From positions 79,639-118,627 of IMG/VR virus record IMGVR_UViG_3300033128_000043: a DNA stretch of 38,989 nt; one strand, written 5' to 3'. Below, in pieces: positions 9,351 to 18,004 of the stretch. The position numbers and the translations under genes were made by a program. Numbering within the stretch: position 1 is the stretch's first letter; each line of letters opens with the position of its first letter. The stretch is from a virus. Under the pieces are notes generated by a model. The model did no database searches. It worked only from the letters and a program-made list of their open reading frames with translations, and was not told the origin of the DNA.

Positions 9351-10451
9351 TTACCAAGGTAGCTTACCGGTGGGCGCATTTGCATCTCCTTGGGGCATCT
9401 GTCTGTTATCGTATTGAGTTTGCCCTTGTGCTACTGGATCTGGTTGTCCTGCATTTGGTTGAGCATCTGGTTGGTTAAAGCCAGCATTACCTTGACCAAA
9501 GTTACCTGGTGGGGATTGGTTAAATCCTTCTGCAGGCGGTTGTTGTGGTGGCGCTTGTTGCTGTTGTTGCTGAGGTGGGAAACCTCCTGGCGTTTCTTGT
9601 GGAGGAGGGAATCCTCCTGGTGCTCCTCCAAACTGTTGCTGTTGTGGTGGAGGTGGTGGAGCTCCTTGCGTACCTTGTTGTGGAGCAAATCCTCCAGGCT
9701 GTCCTCCGAATTGCTGCTGTTGTGGTGGAGGGAAGCCACCTTGTGCAGGTTGTCCGCCAAACTGTTGTTGTGGCGGGAATCCACCAGGTTGTCCACCGAA
9801 CTGCTGTTGTTGCTGCTGCGGAGGAAATCCTCCTGGTGCCCCTCCAAATTGTTGCTGAGGAGGGAAACCGCCTTGTTGTCCACCAAATTGCTGCCCTGTG
9901 CCAGGGTATGGGGGAGTAGAGTTCAATAACGCCTGCATAAAACCAGTAATTTGCTCTGGCGTATGAGGTGTGATTTGTTCCATAATGTCGGGCAATTCCA
10001 TTGCCTGCAGGTTAGGGTAATTAGGTGCTGGGTTTGCTCTGCGCGCCTGATACTGCGTATCCGAAGCCCCACTTCCAGACCTGTAAATTGTCACAAACTC
10101 CTGTCTAGGGTCTACTTGGTCAAAATTGAAGTTTTGGTTTAACGATTGAACATGTTTTTTTGACATGTTTACAAATTTGATCTTCCCATCAGCCGAATCA
10201 TAGACTCTGAACTTTGCCTTATGTGCGGGGTACCGAGTAGGATTTGCTGCGCATAACGGGCATACATCCTTACCAGGACATCTAATGTAACTTGGCTTCA
10301 GAGACTGATCATAATGCTCTCTGACAGCCATTAAACTATCTCCCCAATCAATGAACAGAAGTGTTTTAGGTGTTCCTTCTTTAAAGGTGAGGAAATCCGC
10401 ACCTCCGCCTCCTGATAGAAATGAATCTAAGCCTTGTGTTTGAGTAGACAT
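9351..10451 (-). CDS. gp32-like Zn-binding single-stranded DNA-binding protein with a Q/G/P/F-rich tail
   Basis: FLTFKEG...REHY...YIRCPGKDVCPLC...RSGSGASDTQY; located between primase/sigma and polA; ends in LPW, like an SSB tip. Confidence 0.75.
   Translation of the reverse strand: MSTQTQGLDSFLSGGGGADFLTFKEGTPKTLLFIDWGDSLMAVREHYDQSLKPSYIRCPGKDVCPLCAANPTRYPAHKAKFRVYDSADGKIKFVNMSKKHVQSLNQNFNFDQVDPRQEFVTIYRSGSGASDTQYQARRANPAPNYPNLQAMELPDIMEQITPHTPEQITGFMQALLNSTPPYPGTGQQFGGQQGGFPPQQQFGGAPGGFPPQQQQQQFGGQPGGFPPQQQFGGQPAQGGFPPPQQQQFGGQPGGFAPQQGTQGAPPPPPQQQQFGGAPGGFPPPQETPGGFPPQQQQQQAPPQQPPAEGFNQSPPGNFGQGNAGFNQPDAQPNAGQPDPVAQGQTQYDNRQMPQGDANAPTGKLPW
9530..9900 (-). repeat. Coding tandem repeats QQQFGG(Q/A)PGGFPP
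   Basis: Six QQFGG units and seven GGF(P/A)P units in the translation. Confidence 0.9.
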
Positions 10452-10502
10452 ATAACTCCTCCTAATTTCTAAAGTGCAAGATTTTGTCTCGCGTAATTAA
10501 GT

Positions 10503-10529
10503 AGTGATGCTAACTTGGGTCGGGTTGCA
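10503..10529 (-). promoter_or_regulatory. Putative element-specific promoter TGCAAC-N17-CACT upstream of SSB
   Basis: Motif copy downstream of a terminator. Confidence 0.72.
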
Positions 10530-10552
10530 AAGAATTAAAAATAAAAGTAAAT

Positions 10553-10640
10553 ACAAAAAAAAACAACCCAACACTCTGTGCAGGGTTGCAAATGTACGTA
10601 TTGTTTTGTATACTTTAGTCATTCTAAAGGAGCCTAACTA
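10553..10640 (-). ncRNA. Candidate ~85-nt small RNA
   Basis: Lies between the motif promoter at 10647-10673 and terminator CAACCC...GGGTTG-U9; contains CUCCUUU; no RBS-led ORF. Confidence 0.4.
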
Positions 10641-10646
10641 TATAAA

Positions 10647-10673
10647 AGTAGTTACGGTTAGGATATAGTTGCA
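10647..10673 (-). promoter_or_regulatory. Putative element-specific promoter TGCAAC-N17-TACT
   Basis: Motif copy with an exact 17-nt spacer. Confidence 0.62.
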
Positions 10674-10745
10674 CATTTTTAAAAAATAAATTTGCAATCT
10701 TTATTTTTGTGTTGTATACTGTACGTACAATACAATGAGATTAAA

Positions 10746-11306
10746 CTACCTGCATATACTGCGTAGTTTATTAATCGCGCGAGTGCCTGTACATTTATGT
10801 ATATTTAATTCGCGACAAATATCTGCCATATTGGTAATTACACCGCCGTCAGATATGACTGTGTCCATGAGCTGTTGTTCGTTCTCACTGAGATGTTTAC
10901 GGTATTTCTCATAGTAATCAACACAAAAATCCGTAAACACCATAGGATCCTCCTCATGAAGGTGTTCTAAAGAAAAACCGGCACTGTTTTCGTAATTATC
11001 AATAGTGACTGCCGCACTATAAAGCATTTTATGTTTCATCGTGTTTTTTCTGCGGTAATATTCAATAACACCGCGCCGAATGACAGTAATAATCACATAT
11101 TTCATTTTATCTTGTGGGACTTCATGATTCTGCAGGTATTTTAATAGACCGTAAACTATATCTTGCATTACATCTTCCTGGTCTTGTTGATTTACCTTAC
11201 TTCTTAGTTCTTTTTGAATCACTCCTTTAATGTAAGGAGTATTGAAAAAGTCCATAGAAAAATTCTCACTGTTAATCATTGCTACTGTCATTTGTATTTC
11301 CCCCAA
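10746..11306 (-). CDS. ECF-like RNA polymerase sigma factor
   Basis: Region 2 DQEDVMQDIVYGLLK...YVIITVIRRGVIEYYRR; region 4 LSENEQQLM...MADICRELNIHKCTGTRAINKLR. Confidence 0.78.
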   Translation of the reverse strand: MGEIQMTVAMINSENFSMDFFNTPYIKGVIQKELRSKVNQQDQEDVMQDIVYGLLKYLQNHEVPQDKMKYVIITVIRRGVIEYYRRKNTMKHKMLYSAAVTIDNYENSAGFSLEHLHEEDPMVFTDFCVDYYEKYRKHLSENEQQLMDTVISDGGVITNMADICRELNIHKCTGTRAINKLRSICR

Positions 11307-11308
11307 TT

Positions 11309-12400
11309 TTATATTGTTTTTGAGCCTAAAGAGCTGACAGGGTAGGAATTTAATTTATCTAGCCAGCCCAGCTTTAAAAGAAGGTTTGAATCAGCACCAG
11401 AATTGGGAGCAAATACACTAGGATACATAACGTGATTTACTACAAATCCATGCTTTATCAAATCTTTGGTTGCACGATCAGTGGCACTTTTGCCTGCAGG
11501 GTCGTCATCATACAACAGGTCCACAATTTCAATACCTGCTAATTGAAGTTCTCTTATTTGGTTTTGGAATAAAATTTTTCCATTCTGAGCTGCAGCAGGT
11601 ATGCCAACTTGGTAGTTAGACATAACATCTAGCGGCGATTCTACTAATCTAATTCGCTTTATTCGTCTACTGGTCTTTATGTTTTCGATAAAGTGCAGGC
11701 CAAATAAAATGTCTTTTTTGATAGGAGTACCTTCATTAATGAACTTTACTCCACTAAAGTCATCACCTATTTTTCTTTTCTGTATGAAGCGTAGTTCCCC
11801 CTTACGCGTACGTTGAGGGAATACGATACACTTGTTTTCAATATCGACTTTGATTCCATAAGTCTCTATGGTATGCATTGTCATACCCCTAGAGTTGATT
11901 AAATAGGACATACCTTGGCCGTATAAGTACGGATCAGGGCTATTTGTGTATTCAAATCTAGTAAGAGCCTCTTCACCTAGGCAAGGAATCTCCCCAGGAT
12001 TCCTGCCATCTTCAATAATGCTCTCTAGGTCTAGAGGCTTCCTTTGCTCCTCTGTGATAAAATTGGAGAGAAGTCTTTGAATGCCTGCGCCCTCTTCAAG
12101 ATCAAAAGCAATTTCAACTACCTTGTCTATGGTTCCTAAGTAACCACAGTAAAAGCAGTTCGCGTGATAGGGTGCCTCTTTGGATATCCCAAAAGAAGCC
12201 TTACTCTCTGAATGGTTGGGGCAACAGGACATGATCCATTCACCGGTATCATTTTGTTTTGAAAAAGCGTTTGAATTGATCCCATAGTTAGGAGAATGTT
12301 GGTACTCAAACTCCATCTCATCTAAGAAATCACCTACATCCACCCATAAGTTTTCTAGAATCTCAATGGCTCTCTGCTTATCCTCGCTCACTTTTACCAA
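11309..12400 (-). CDS. DNA primase (CHC2 zinc finger plus TOPRIM)
   Basis: CPNHSESKASF...CFYCG; IVFP; LVESPLD; YDDDPAG. Confidence 0.92.
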   Translation of the reverse strand: MVKVSEDKQRAIEILENLWVDVGDFLDEMEFEYQHSPNYGINSNAFSKQNDTGEWIMSCCPNHSESKASFGISKEAPYHANCFYCGYLGTIDKVVEIAFDLEEGAGIQRLLSNFITEEQRKPLDLESIIEDGRNPGEIPCLGEEALTRFEYTNSPDPYLYGQGMSYLINSRGMTMHTIETYGIKVDIENKCIVFPQRTRKGELRFIQKRKIGDDFSGVKFINEGTPIKKDILFGLHFIENIKTSRRIKRIRLVESPLDVMSNYQVGIPAAAQNGKILFQNQIRELQLAGIEIVDLLYDDDPAGKSATDRATKDLIKHGFVVNHVMYPSVFAPNSGADSNLLLKLGWLDKLNSYPVSSLGSKTI

Positions 12401-13689
12401 TGTTGATCACCTGCACCATTTAGAACTCCTACAACTCCCGTTTCGAATTGGTATCTTACAAGAAAATTAAGTGAGTTATCGTTTCCGCGATTCTTGATAA
12501 CTTGTATTCTGAAGGTGTTTTTGTTCACTTTTACGACAGATATGCCTTTACTTGCATCCTGGTAGATGGAGTATGTTTCCCCAATGTCTTCCCCATCAAC
12601 TGAGGAGGTTTCAATCTCTTTTTTAGCTTTCTTTGCTGCTTCCCGCGTAGCCTGTGACACTATGTAACCAGGCTTTTCTGTATCTAAAATCATTTGACGA
12701 ATTTCAGCCGATACGCTGTATAAGCGGGTACGCAGATCCATATTAGCTCCGAAAGAATTTGGCACACGTACTTTGGATACTTGGTCCAACGCAAACCTAT
12801 TGTGTCCTTCTCTCTCTAATATCCTTTTCATTTCATCTACTGTGTAGGGCTTGCCTCCATTGCTGGAAACATCATAAATCATCATGTCTTTTCTACGCTG
12901 CCTAAGTGAATCCAAGTAAAAAATATACTTATCTTTTTCCTCACCTGACATCGTTCCTCGCTGCATGGCCAAACTCGATACACGTGCTAGAACATTGTCA
13001 AAATTCCTAGCTATCTCACTCGCATGTTGCTCAAAGGCAAAGTAAGCGGGATAGTCGCTTGCGGGGGTACTCGACCAGGGGCTCTGAAACATAAACGATG
13101 TAATAAGGGTCTTACCCATGTTAGATGGAGCAAGCACTAAGAAGTAATCAGTTTCTTCCTCACCATAAACCAATCCGTTTGTAGCCTCATCTAGTGGAGC
13201 AAAGCCTGTAGAATAGCCAATAATTTGGTCCTTGTCTCTCCCATGTATACTTAAATATTTATTTTTCCTCTTTTCTGCATTTTCTGTATAGGAATAGCCT
13301 TTATTTTGCGTGCTATGGTCCTTTAAAAGTTTAGCTGTCTCATCATGAAGTTCCTGAATTGCTTCAAAGGACTGCTTGTTTCCTACCTTGGTAGCTGCGT
13401 TTTTCAGTACCGGCCGGACCATTCTGTGTAACTTATCTTCTTGAAGCGCCTTGACTACCTGCTCTACATGCTCAATCTCGACCCTTTCAAATTCTTTGTA
13501 GTTGTTCAACACAGACTCTAATGTTGGTACTTGTCCAGTATTTCGATGAAAGTCTCTAATGTACCCAAACACATGGCTATGTATAGGGAAATGTTCTTCT
13601 CCTAAACCGTAATGCTCCACTACAGTCCACTTTTTAGATTCTAATACGTAGTTGAGTAGCTGAAGTTCCTCAATACTTGGCATATTCAT
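12394..13689 (-). CDS. DnaB-like replicative helicase
   Basis: STGFAPLD, APSNMGKT, VSQATR, IYQDAS and VIKNR motifs. Confidence 0.92.
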   Translation of the reverse strand: MNMPSIEELQLLNYVLESKKWTVVEHYGLGEEHFPIHSHVFGYIRDFHRNTGQVPTLESVLNNYKEFERVEIEHVEQVVKALQEDKLHRMVRPVLKNAATKVGNKQSFEAIQELHDETAKLLKDHSTQNKGYSYTENAEKRKNKYLSIHGRDKDQIIGYSTGFAPLDEATNGLVYGEEETDYFLVLAPSNMGKTLITSFMFQSPWSSTPASDYPAYFAFEQHASEIARNFDNVLARVSSLAMQRGTMSGEEKDKYIFYLDSLRQRRKDMMIYDVSSNGGKPYTVDEMKRILEREGHNRFALDQVSKVRVPNSFGANMDLRTRLYSVSAEIRQMILDTEKPGYIVSQATREAAKKAKKEIETSSVDGEDIGETYSIYQDASKGISVVKVNKNTFRIQVIKNRGNDNSLNFLVRYQFETGVVGVLNGAGDQHW

Positions 13690-13715
13690 CTCTCCTATTC
13701 TTGATCTAAATCAAT

Positions 13716-13742
13716 AGTGAGTGAATATCTAAACAAGTTGCA
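13716..13742 (-). promoter_or_regulatory. Putative element-specific promoter TGCAAC-N17-CACT for the helicase-primase-sigma operon
   Basis: Motif copy 27 nt upstream of the helicase start. Confidence 0.72.
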
Positions 13743-13752
13743 GAATAATAAT

Positions 13753-13766
13753 AGAACGTGTGTTCT
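13753..13766. promoter_or_regulatory. LexA (DinR) SOS box
   Basis: AGAAC-GTGT-GTTCT matches the Firmicute GAAC-N4-GTTC consensus; palindrome extends to AATAGAAC/GTTCTATT. Confidence 0.8.
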
Positions 13767-13921
13767 ATTTTAGGGTAAAAAAGAAGAATATGCTTTATGT
13801 GACTGCGTAAAATAGCGTATCCGTGCATAAAAATGACGACTTATCACATAAAACATATCTTCGATATAAGGTACTAACCAAAATTAGTACTATTATCCCA
13901 GATTGTCGCTAACACAGGTTT

Positions 13922-13950
13922 ATGCTACCACAACATATTAGCGCAATCAA
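13922..13950 (-). promoter_or_regulatory. sigmaA-like promoter
   Basis: TTGATT-17-TAGCAT with TG extension. Confidence 0.5.
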
Positions 13951-14017
13951 TACTTTTTTCTCATACGCAAAATCTCATTTTTGGTATTAGATAGGACATA
14001 TTGACTGCTTGGGATTA

Positions 14018-14046
14018 ATATTACCATCCACTAAAGGTACCGTCAA
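14018..14046 (-). promoter_or_regulatory. sigmaA-like promoter
   Basis: TTGACG-17-TAATAT with TG extension. Confidence 0.6.
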
Positions 14047-14151
14047 TACTTTTATTTCATTTTCTTTACAAGGTAACATCAGGATTACTGATAACTTTAT
14101 CATCCAATGTTTCTAAAAAATACACTGCAATCGGTCAAAAACCGGTTAAAA

Positions 14152-14922
14152 TCAGACATAGTAAGTAGTTTCTTTTCTTCTATTCCTTCCTGAATATTCA
14201 AATACAAGGGAGTTAAAAAACACTCTAGTCGCTATCGTATCGCCTAGCATATCAGGATGGCCTAGTTGCCCTTCAGTAAAATTCGAGGTGAAGAAAGTCG
14301 CTTTTTTGTGCTCTTTTCTAAAGTCAATCAGATCATACGTAATGTCCCGCACGTAATTTGATAATCTTCCGCTGCCAATATCATCAAGAATTAACAAGGG
14401 TACATTTTTCATTCTTTCGAGTTCAGCAAGGGACTTAGCTGTATAGTCTAAATCGTTTAGTTGATACACCTTTCTCAGATCATTTGCCCATGTACCATAC
14501 TTAACGTACAAGGCTAAAGGGTTCTCAAAATCGAACAAATCAGCATCCATGACGGAAGAGAATATAAACTCTGCTGCCAGTGTTGTGACTGCTTTGGTTT
14601 TTCCGGTACCTTTTTCTTTAGAGATAAAACCCACATTTGTTCCAGCCATAACAGCAGTTTTAATTTCTGAAAATAGATTTTCTAGTGCAGGCTTAAATTT
14701 CATATTATCTTGATCAAACTGAAAATTGTTCTTGTTACTCTCCCTAAATTCTGGGGTAATTTTAGATAAGTTCATTGCCTGGTCAATCATTACAAACCCC
14801 GAACACTCTGGGTTTACTTTATAATCATCAGGCATTGGGGAGGCTCCTGATCTTCGAGTACACCTGTCTCTAACCAAACAACCAGCACATTCTTTGTATG
14901 GTTCTTGTTGTGGTCTAATCAT
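14152..14922 (-). CDS. DnaC/IstB-like AAA+ helicase loader
   Basis: KGTGKT Walker A, LILDDIG Walker B, FFTSN; N-terminal Cys cluster. Confidence 0.9.
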   Translation of the reverse strand: MIRPQQEPYKECAGCLVRDRCTRRSGASPMPDDYKVNPECSGFVMIDQAMNLSKITPEFRESNKNNFQFDQDNMKFKPALENLFSEIKTAVMAGTNVGFISKEKGTGKTKAVTTLAAEFIFSSVMDADLFDFENPLALYVKYGTWANDLRKVYQLNDLDYTAKSLAELERMKNVPLLILDDIGSGRLSNYVRDITYDLIDFRKEHKKATFFTSNFTEGQLGHPDMLGDTIATRVFFNSLVFEYSGRNRRKETTYYV

Positions 14923-15952
14923 TACCCTTCCCTCCCAATAATTTATTTAAGGCATCCACACCATCAACTCGTTGACGCTCTTCAGCTTCAGCTGGAATAT
15001 CCCCAAGTTTTTCAATTTCATTGTTCTTAATATGGAATGGTTTTGTCCCATTGGACAGATAGTTTTGTATCTCTCCTAACCTAGTAGTTGAACTGAAATA
15101 TTCAAGTGTGACGTTCTCATAACCTATTTCAAAGACAGCATCTATGTACTGCTTTAGGAGGTTATTGTCACTCAACATTCCAAGGACTCGGCGCATTTGG
15201 CCGGTGTGTTTCTTCATGTTGCTGTGGTGGGAAGCCTTCATGTGGTCCAAGTATTTTGAGTAGTAGTACTCCCTGAATTGTTTCACTTTCCATTTTTCAA
15301 TTGGCATCACTGACCAATGTGTTTTATCTTCATTCCCTTTTACCTGAATGTGTTCTGGGGGATTGGTAATTTTCGGGGGAACAACTGAATTTTGAATGCT
15401 TTTCGGTAACATGCCCATGTCAATCGCATCTCCTTTTAATAATTTTTCAAATATGGCGCTGTAACTTTGATGGGACCCTCTCCCAACAGCTAATGCATGT
15501 AATGGAACCTTTTGAGAGGATAAAAAATCTTTCAATTTTATAACTGCTGAATGTATATCGTCCCACCCATAAAGCGTTGTCCATTTTGCTGCTGCCGTCC
15601 AAATTTCTTCGGATACCCTTAAAAGAGGGATAGAGGATATTTCCATCAGAGAATATTGATTACTTCTTCCTCTTCCTAACCTGACACGCTTAATGAATCC
15701 CTTTTGAACTAACTCTTCAATGTGCTTTGTACAGGTGTTCTGACTAAAACCCAACGCAATTGAAAGGCGGTCGATGCTGGGGAAAGCATAATTTCCCCTA
15801 GTGTGTACGTGGTTCAGGATGGCCGCATACACTGACTTAGCGCCAGCAGATAGGCCAATACAATTCACGACTGTGCTCGGCAACTGGACAAATCCCCTGT
15901 TAAAAGAATCCCTGTAAATAAAGTGCTGCTCTTCAGGTAGTCTCATTTTCAT
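14915..15952 (-). CDS. HTH_36-type replication initiator-like protein
   Basis: LSAGAKSVYAAIL...AFPSIDRLSIALGFSQNTCTKHIEELVQKGFI...GRSNQY; upstream of the loader. Confidence 0.78.
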   Translation of the reverse strand: MKMRLPEEQHFIYRDSFNRGFVQLPSTVVNCIGLSAGAKSVYAAILNHVHTRGNYAFPSIDRLSIALGFSQNTCTKHIEELVQKGFIKRVRLGRGRSNQYSLMEISSIPLLRVSEEIWTAAAKWTTLYGWDDIHSAVIKLKDFLSSQKVPLHALAVGRGSHQSYSAIFEKLLKGDAIDMGMLPKSIQNSVVPPKITNPPEHIQVKGNEDKTHWSVMPIEKWKVKQFREYYYSKYLDHMKASHHSNMKKHTGQMRRVLGMLSDNNLLKQYIDAVFEIGYENVTLEYFSSTTRLGEIQNYLSNGTKPFHIKNNEIEKLGDIPAEAEERQRVDGVDALNKLLGGKGND

Positions 15953-15977
15953 TCATTTCATCCTCCTACAAATAAAG

Positions 15978-16004
15978 AGTAGTGAGGTGATTTTTTAAGT
16001 TGCA
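15978..16004 (-). promoter_or_regulatory. Putative element-specific promoter TGCAAC-N17-TACT upstream of the initiator
   Basis: Motif copy directly after the terminator at 16007-16034. Confidence 0.7.
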
Positions 16005-16006
16005 AT

Positions 16007-16034
16007 AAAAAAGAGCCGCTTTTCATGCGACTCT
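16007..16034 (-). terminator. Intrinsic terminator
   Basis: AGAGTCGC-ATGAAA-GCGGCTCT followed by TTTTT. Confidence 0.7.
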
Positions 16035-16119
16035 ACCTAGACATCAATTAATATATTAATTGATTTATAAACTTATATATGTGTAAATCTTAAATCCTTA
16101 TTCTATATCATTTCACTTA

Positions 16120-16380
16120 CTATAAAACCAACACTTCTGCTGGTTCAACTACGTTGAAATATAAACTTGCGCCTTCTTCACTTATTGGATATCTAACGTC
16201 TATTTCTATTTCTGTATCTGTTTTTGATAGTGTTTTAGAGGGTACTTTTAATGCATCTTCCCACCATTTGATGCGTTCATAGAAGTCTAGTAGGGCTGTC
16301 TTTTTGTTAGTGTGGGGAATGACAATAAAGTAACCTGCATATGCAACATCAATTCTTATAACATATATTTTACTTGTCAT
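16120..16380 (-). CDS. hypothetical protein
   Basis: AAAGGAG RBS, 86 aa. Confidence 0.65.
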   Translation of the reverse strand: MTSKIYVIRIDVAYAGYFIVIPHTNKKTALLDFYERIKWWEDALKVPSKTLSKTDTEIEIDVRYPISEEGASLYFNVVEPAEVLVL

Positions 16381-16481
16381 AATTTCATTCTCCTTTGGAT
16401 AGAGGTCAAATCAATTCTGTTTCTGTGCGATATCGATTTTCCTCTGCGCACCTTTGACAAATATCGAGCTCTTCCTGCTCC

Positions 16482-16982
16482 TTAAATATTGCCGCTTATC
16501 GCAGATAGCGTTTTACTCATATACGCTTCTTCAACTTGATGGAGCAGCCCTAGATGCCTGCCTAACTCTAAGAAATTTTGGAACATTTTCTCGTAAGCCG
16601 CATACGATTCTCCAAAACTTCCCCACCTTTCAATGAAATGGGTTATCTCTTGGTGCACTGCTAAGAACACTTCTACTGTACTGCCTTCTGTTTCTTCACG
16701 TTTTAATGAAAGTGCATTTAGGCTGTAGCTATTCCTAGGGTAGCTTATGACGCTCCCTATGCTTAAAAGGACTCGAAAACAGTTGATGTAGCTATCTAGT
16801 ATTTTGCATGATTCGTTCTTTTGGCCATTCTCCCAATATCTAAACCCATCCCATGAACTTGCACAACAAGATAACTCTACTTGTAATGCTAAGGTTAGTT
16901 CGGGCAAGATGGCGTAACCTTGTTCAATATTTTTTTCTCGAAGAGTACGTCCGGCTAGTTCGAACATTTCTTGTAAGTCCAT
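16482..16982 (-). CDS. Degenerate dimeric (all-alpha) dUTPase homolog
   Basis: MDLQEMFE...LALQVEL...W.GF.YW...LLSIG...FLELG..LG....VEEAY.SK scaffold; catalytic acidic residues replaced. Confidence 0.75.
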   Translation of the reverse strand: MDLQEMFELAGRTLREKNIEQGYAILPELTLALQVELSCCASSWDGFRYWENGQKNESCKILDSYINCFRVLLSIGSVISYPRNSYSLNALSLKREETEGSTVEVFLAVHQEITHFIERWGSFGESYAAYEKMFQNFLELGRHLGLLHQVEEAYMSKTLSAISGNI

Positions 16983-17009
16983 GTAATTCTCCTCCTGCTC
17001 GACTCAGCA

Positions 17010-17273
17010 TCAAATGCCGTAATTTCGCATTGCTTGTCTTTCACCTTCAGTTTGGTAGTAACTTTCTTCTTTTTCCTGAAGTACTTCTTCTTCCTTCCGC
17101 ATCATTGTTATACATTTTTGGCAAGCCTTTTTCCCACTACCTCTGATTAATCCCCCATGAACTGAATGGAATGCTTTCATTTCCCCACAGTTCGAACAAC
17201 GCTTAGGTTCAGTGATGAAGCTACCGTACGCATCTTTTAATTTTCTACTTCTAAATGCCATGATGCCCTCCAA
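17010..17273 (-). CDS. hypothetical Zn-ribbon protein
   Basis: CSNC...CQKC. Confidence 0.55.
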   Translation of the reverse strand: MEGIMAFRSRKLKDAYGSFITEPKRCSNCGEMKAFHSVHGGLIRGSGKKACQKCITMMRKEEEVLQEKEESYYQTEGERQAMRNYGI

Positions 17274-17361
17274 AAGAAATGTTTTAGCTTAGTGAGCTTT
17301 GTTCCTTACATTCGCTCAGTATCTGGTGACTTTTGCCTCCAAAGCAATGGAATACATCTTC

Positions 17362-17703
17362 TTATATTCTTGCACGTAATTCCGAGAGTTCTCTATTTTC
17401 CCTGCCCATTTGGTCAATCATACCTGCTGCTTCTTCCTCGGTTACATATTCATTTTCAACTTGGAACCAAAACTTTTCATCGGAATATTTATTCTTGTAT
17501 TTATAAAATGTAATTTTTCTACGTTTGCTTACCTCGAATGTAGCGTCGAATACCCTACACATCCCCTGTAATATGCCTTGTGATACATACACGGATGGAT
17601 GTTCGTCTCTTCCAATAGGAACGGAATTATAAAGAGAGTGAAGGTAAACGGTAGCCTCTTCTTCTAACAATGCCTGCTGTTCAGATTCGTTTAAGTACCT
17701 CAT
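17362..17703 (-). CDS. hypothetical protein
   Basis: 113-aa ORF with RBS. Confidence 0.65.
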   Translation of the reverse strand: MRYLNESEQQALLEEEATVYLHSLYNSVPIGRDEHPSVYVSQGILQGMCRVFDATFEVSKRRKITFYKYKNKYSDEKFWFQVENEYVTEEEAAGMIDQMGRENRELSELRARI

Positions 17704-17781
17704 TTCATGTGTCCTTTATTTTGCTGAATCCGACCAAGTAACCGTTAAAGTCACGCTTAGGGATAGTGATTTTTTGAATGG

Positions 17782-17988
17782 TCATTTCGTTTCCCCCTGA
17801 GCTACGTGTTGGTTAAAATCAGATAGTTTTTTGAAACAGTCCTTACAAAAGCGTGCGCTGGTTTGATTTCCTTTAACTTCGATAATTTCCTCGTAAGGAT
17901 ATTGCACCCAACTTCTCCCGTAAACTTCGGCTCTATCACAATAATTACAAGAACCCGCTTCTTTTCTTCCCTTAACGCTAATCTCCAT
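17782..17988 (-). CDS. small Zn-binding hypothetical protein
   Basis: GGAGG before ATG 17988; CNYC...CKDC. Confidence 0.65.
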   Translation of the reverse strand: MEISVKGRKEAGSCNYCDRAEVYGRSWVQYPYEEIIEVKGNQTSARFCKDCFKKLSDFNQHVAQGETK

Positions 17989-18004
17989 AAGCTTATACCT
18001 CCAT

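Noticed and set aside
9390-9929. Three alternative-frame ORFs over the SSB tail (9390-9929, 9431-9886, 9545-9919)
   Set aside because: Shadows of the low-complexity repeat; no RBS and no protein-like signal
10585-10590. Extra TGCAAC hexamers (10585, 5581, 5930, 24599, 24691) as motif promoters
   Set aside because: No YACT at 17-nt spacing; 10585 is part of a terminator stem, and 24691 has an 18-nt spacer inside a gene
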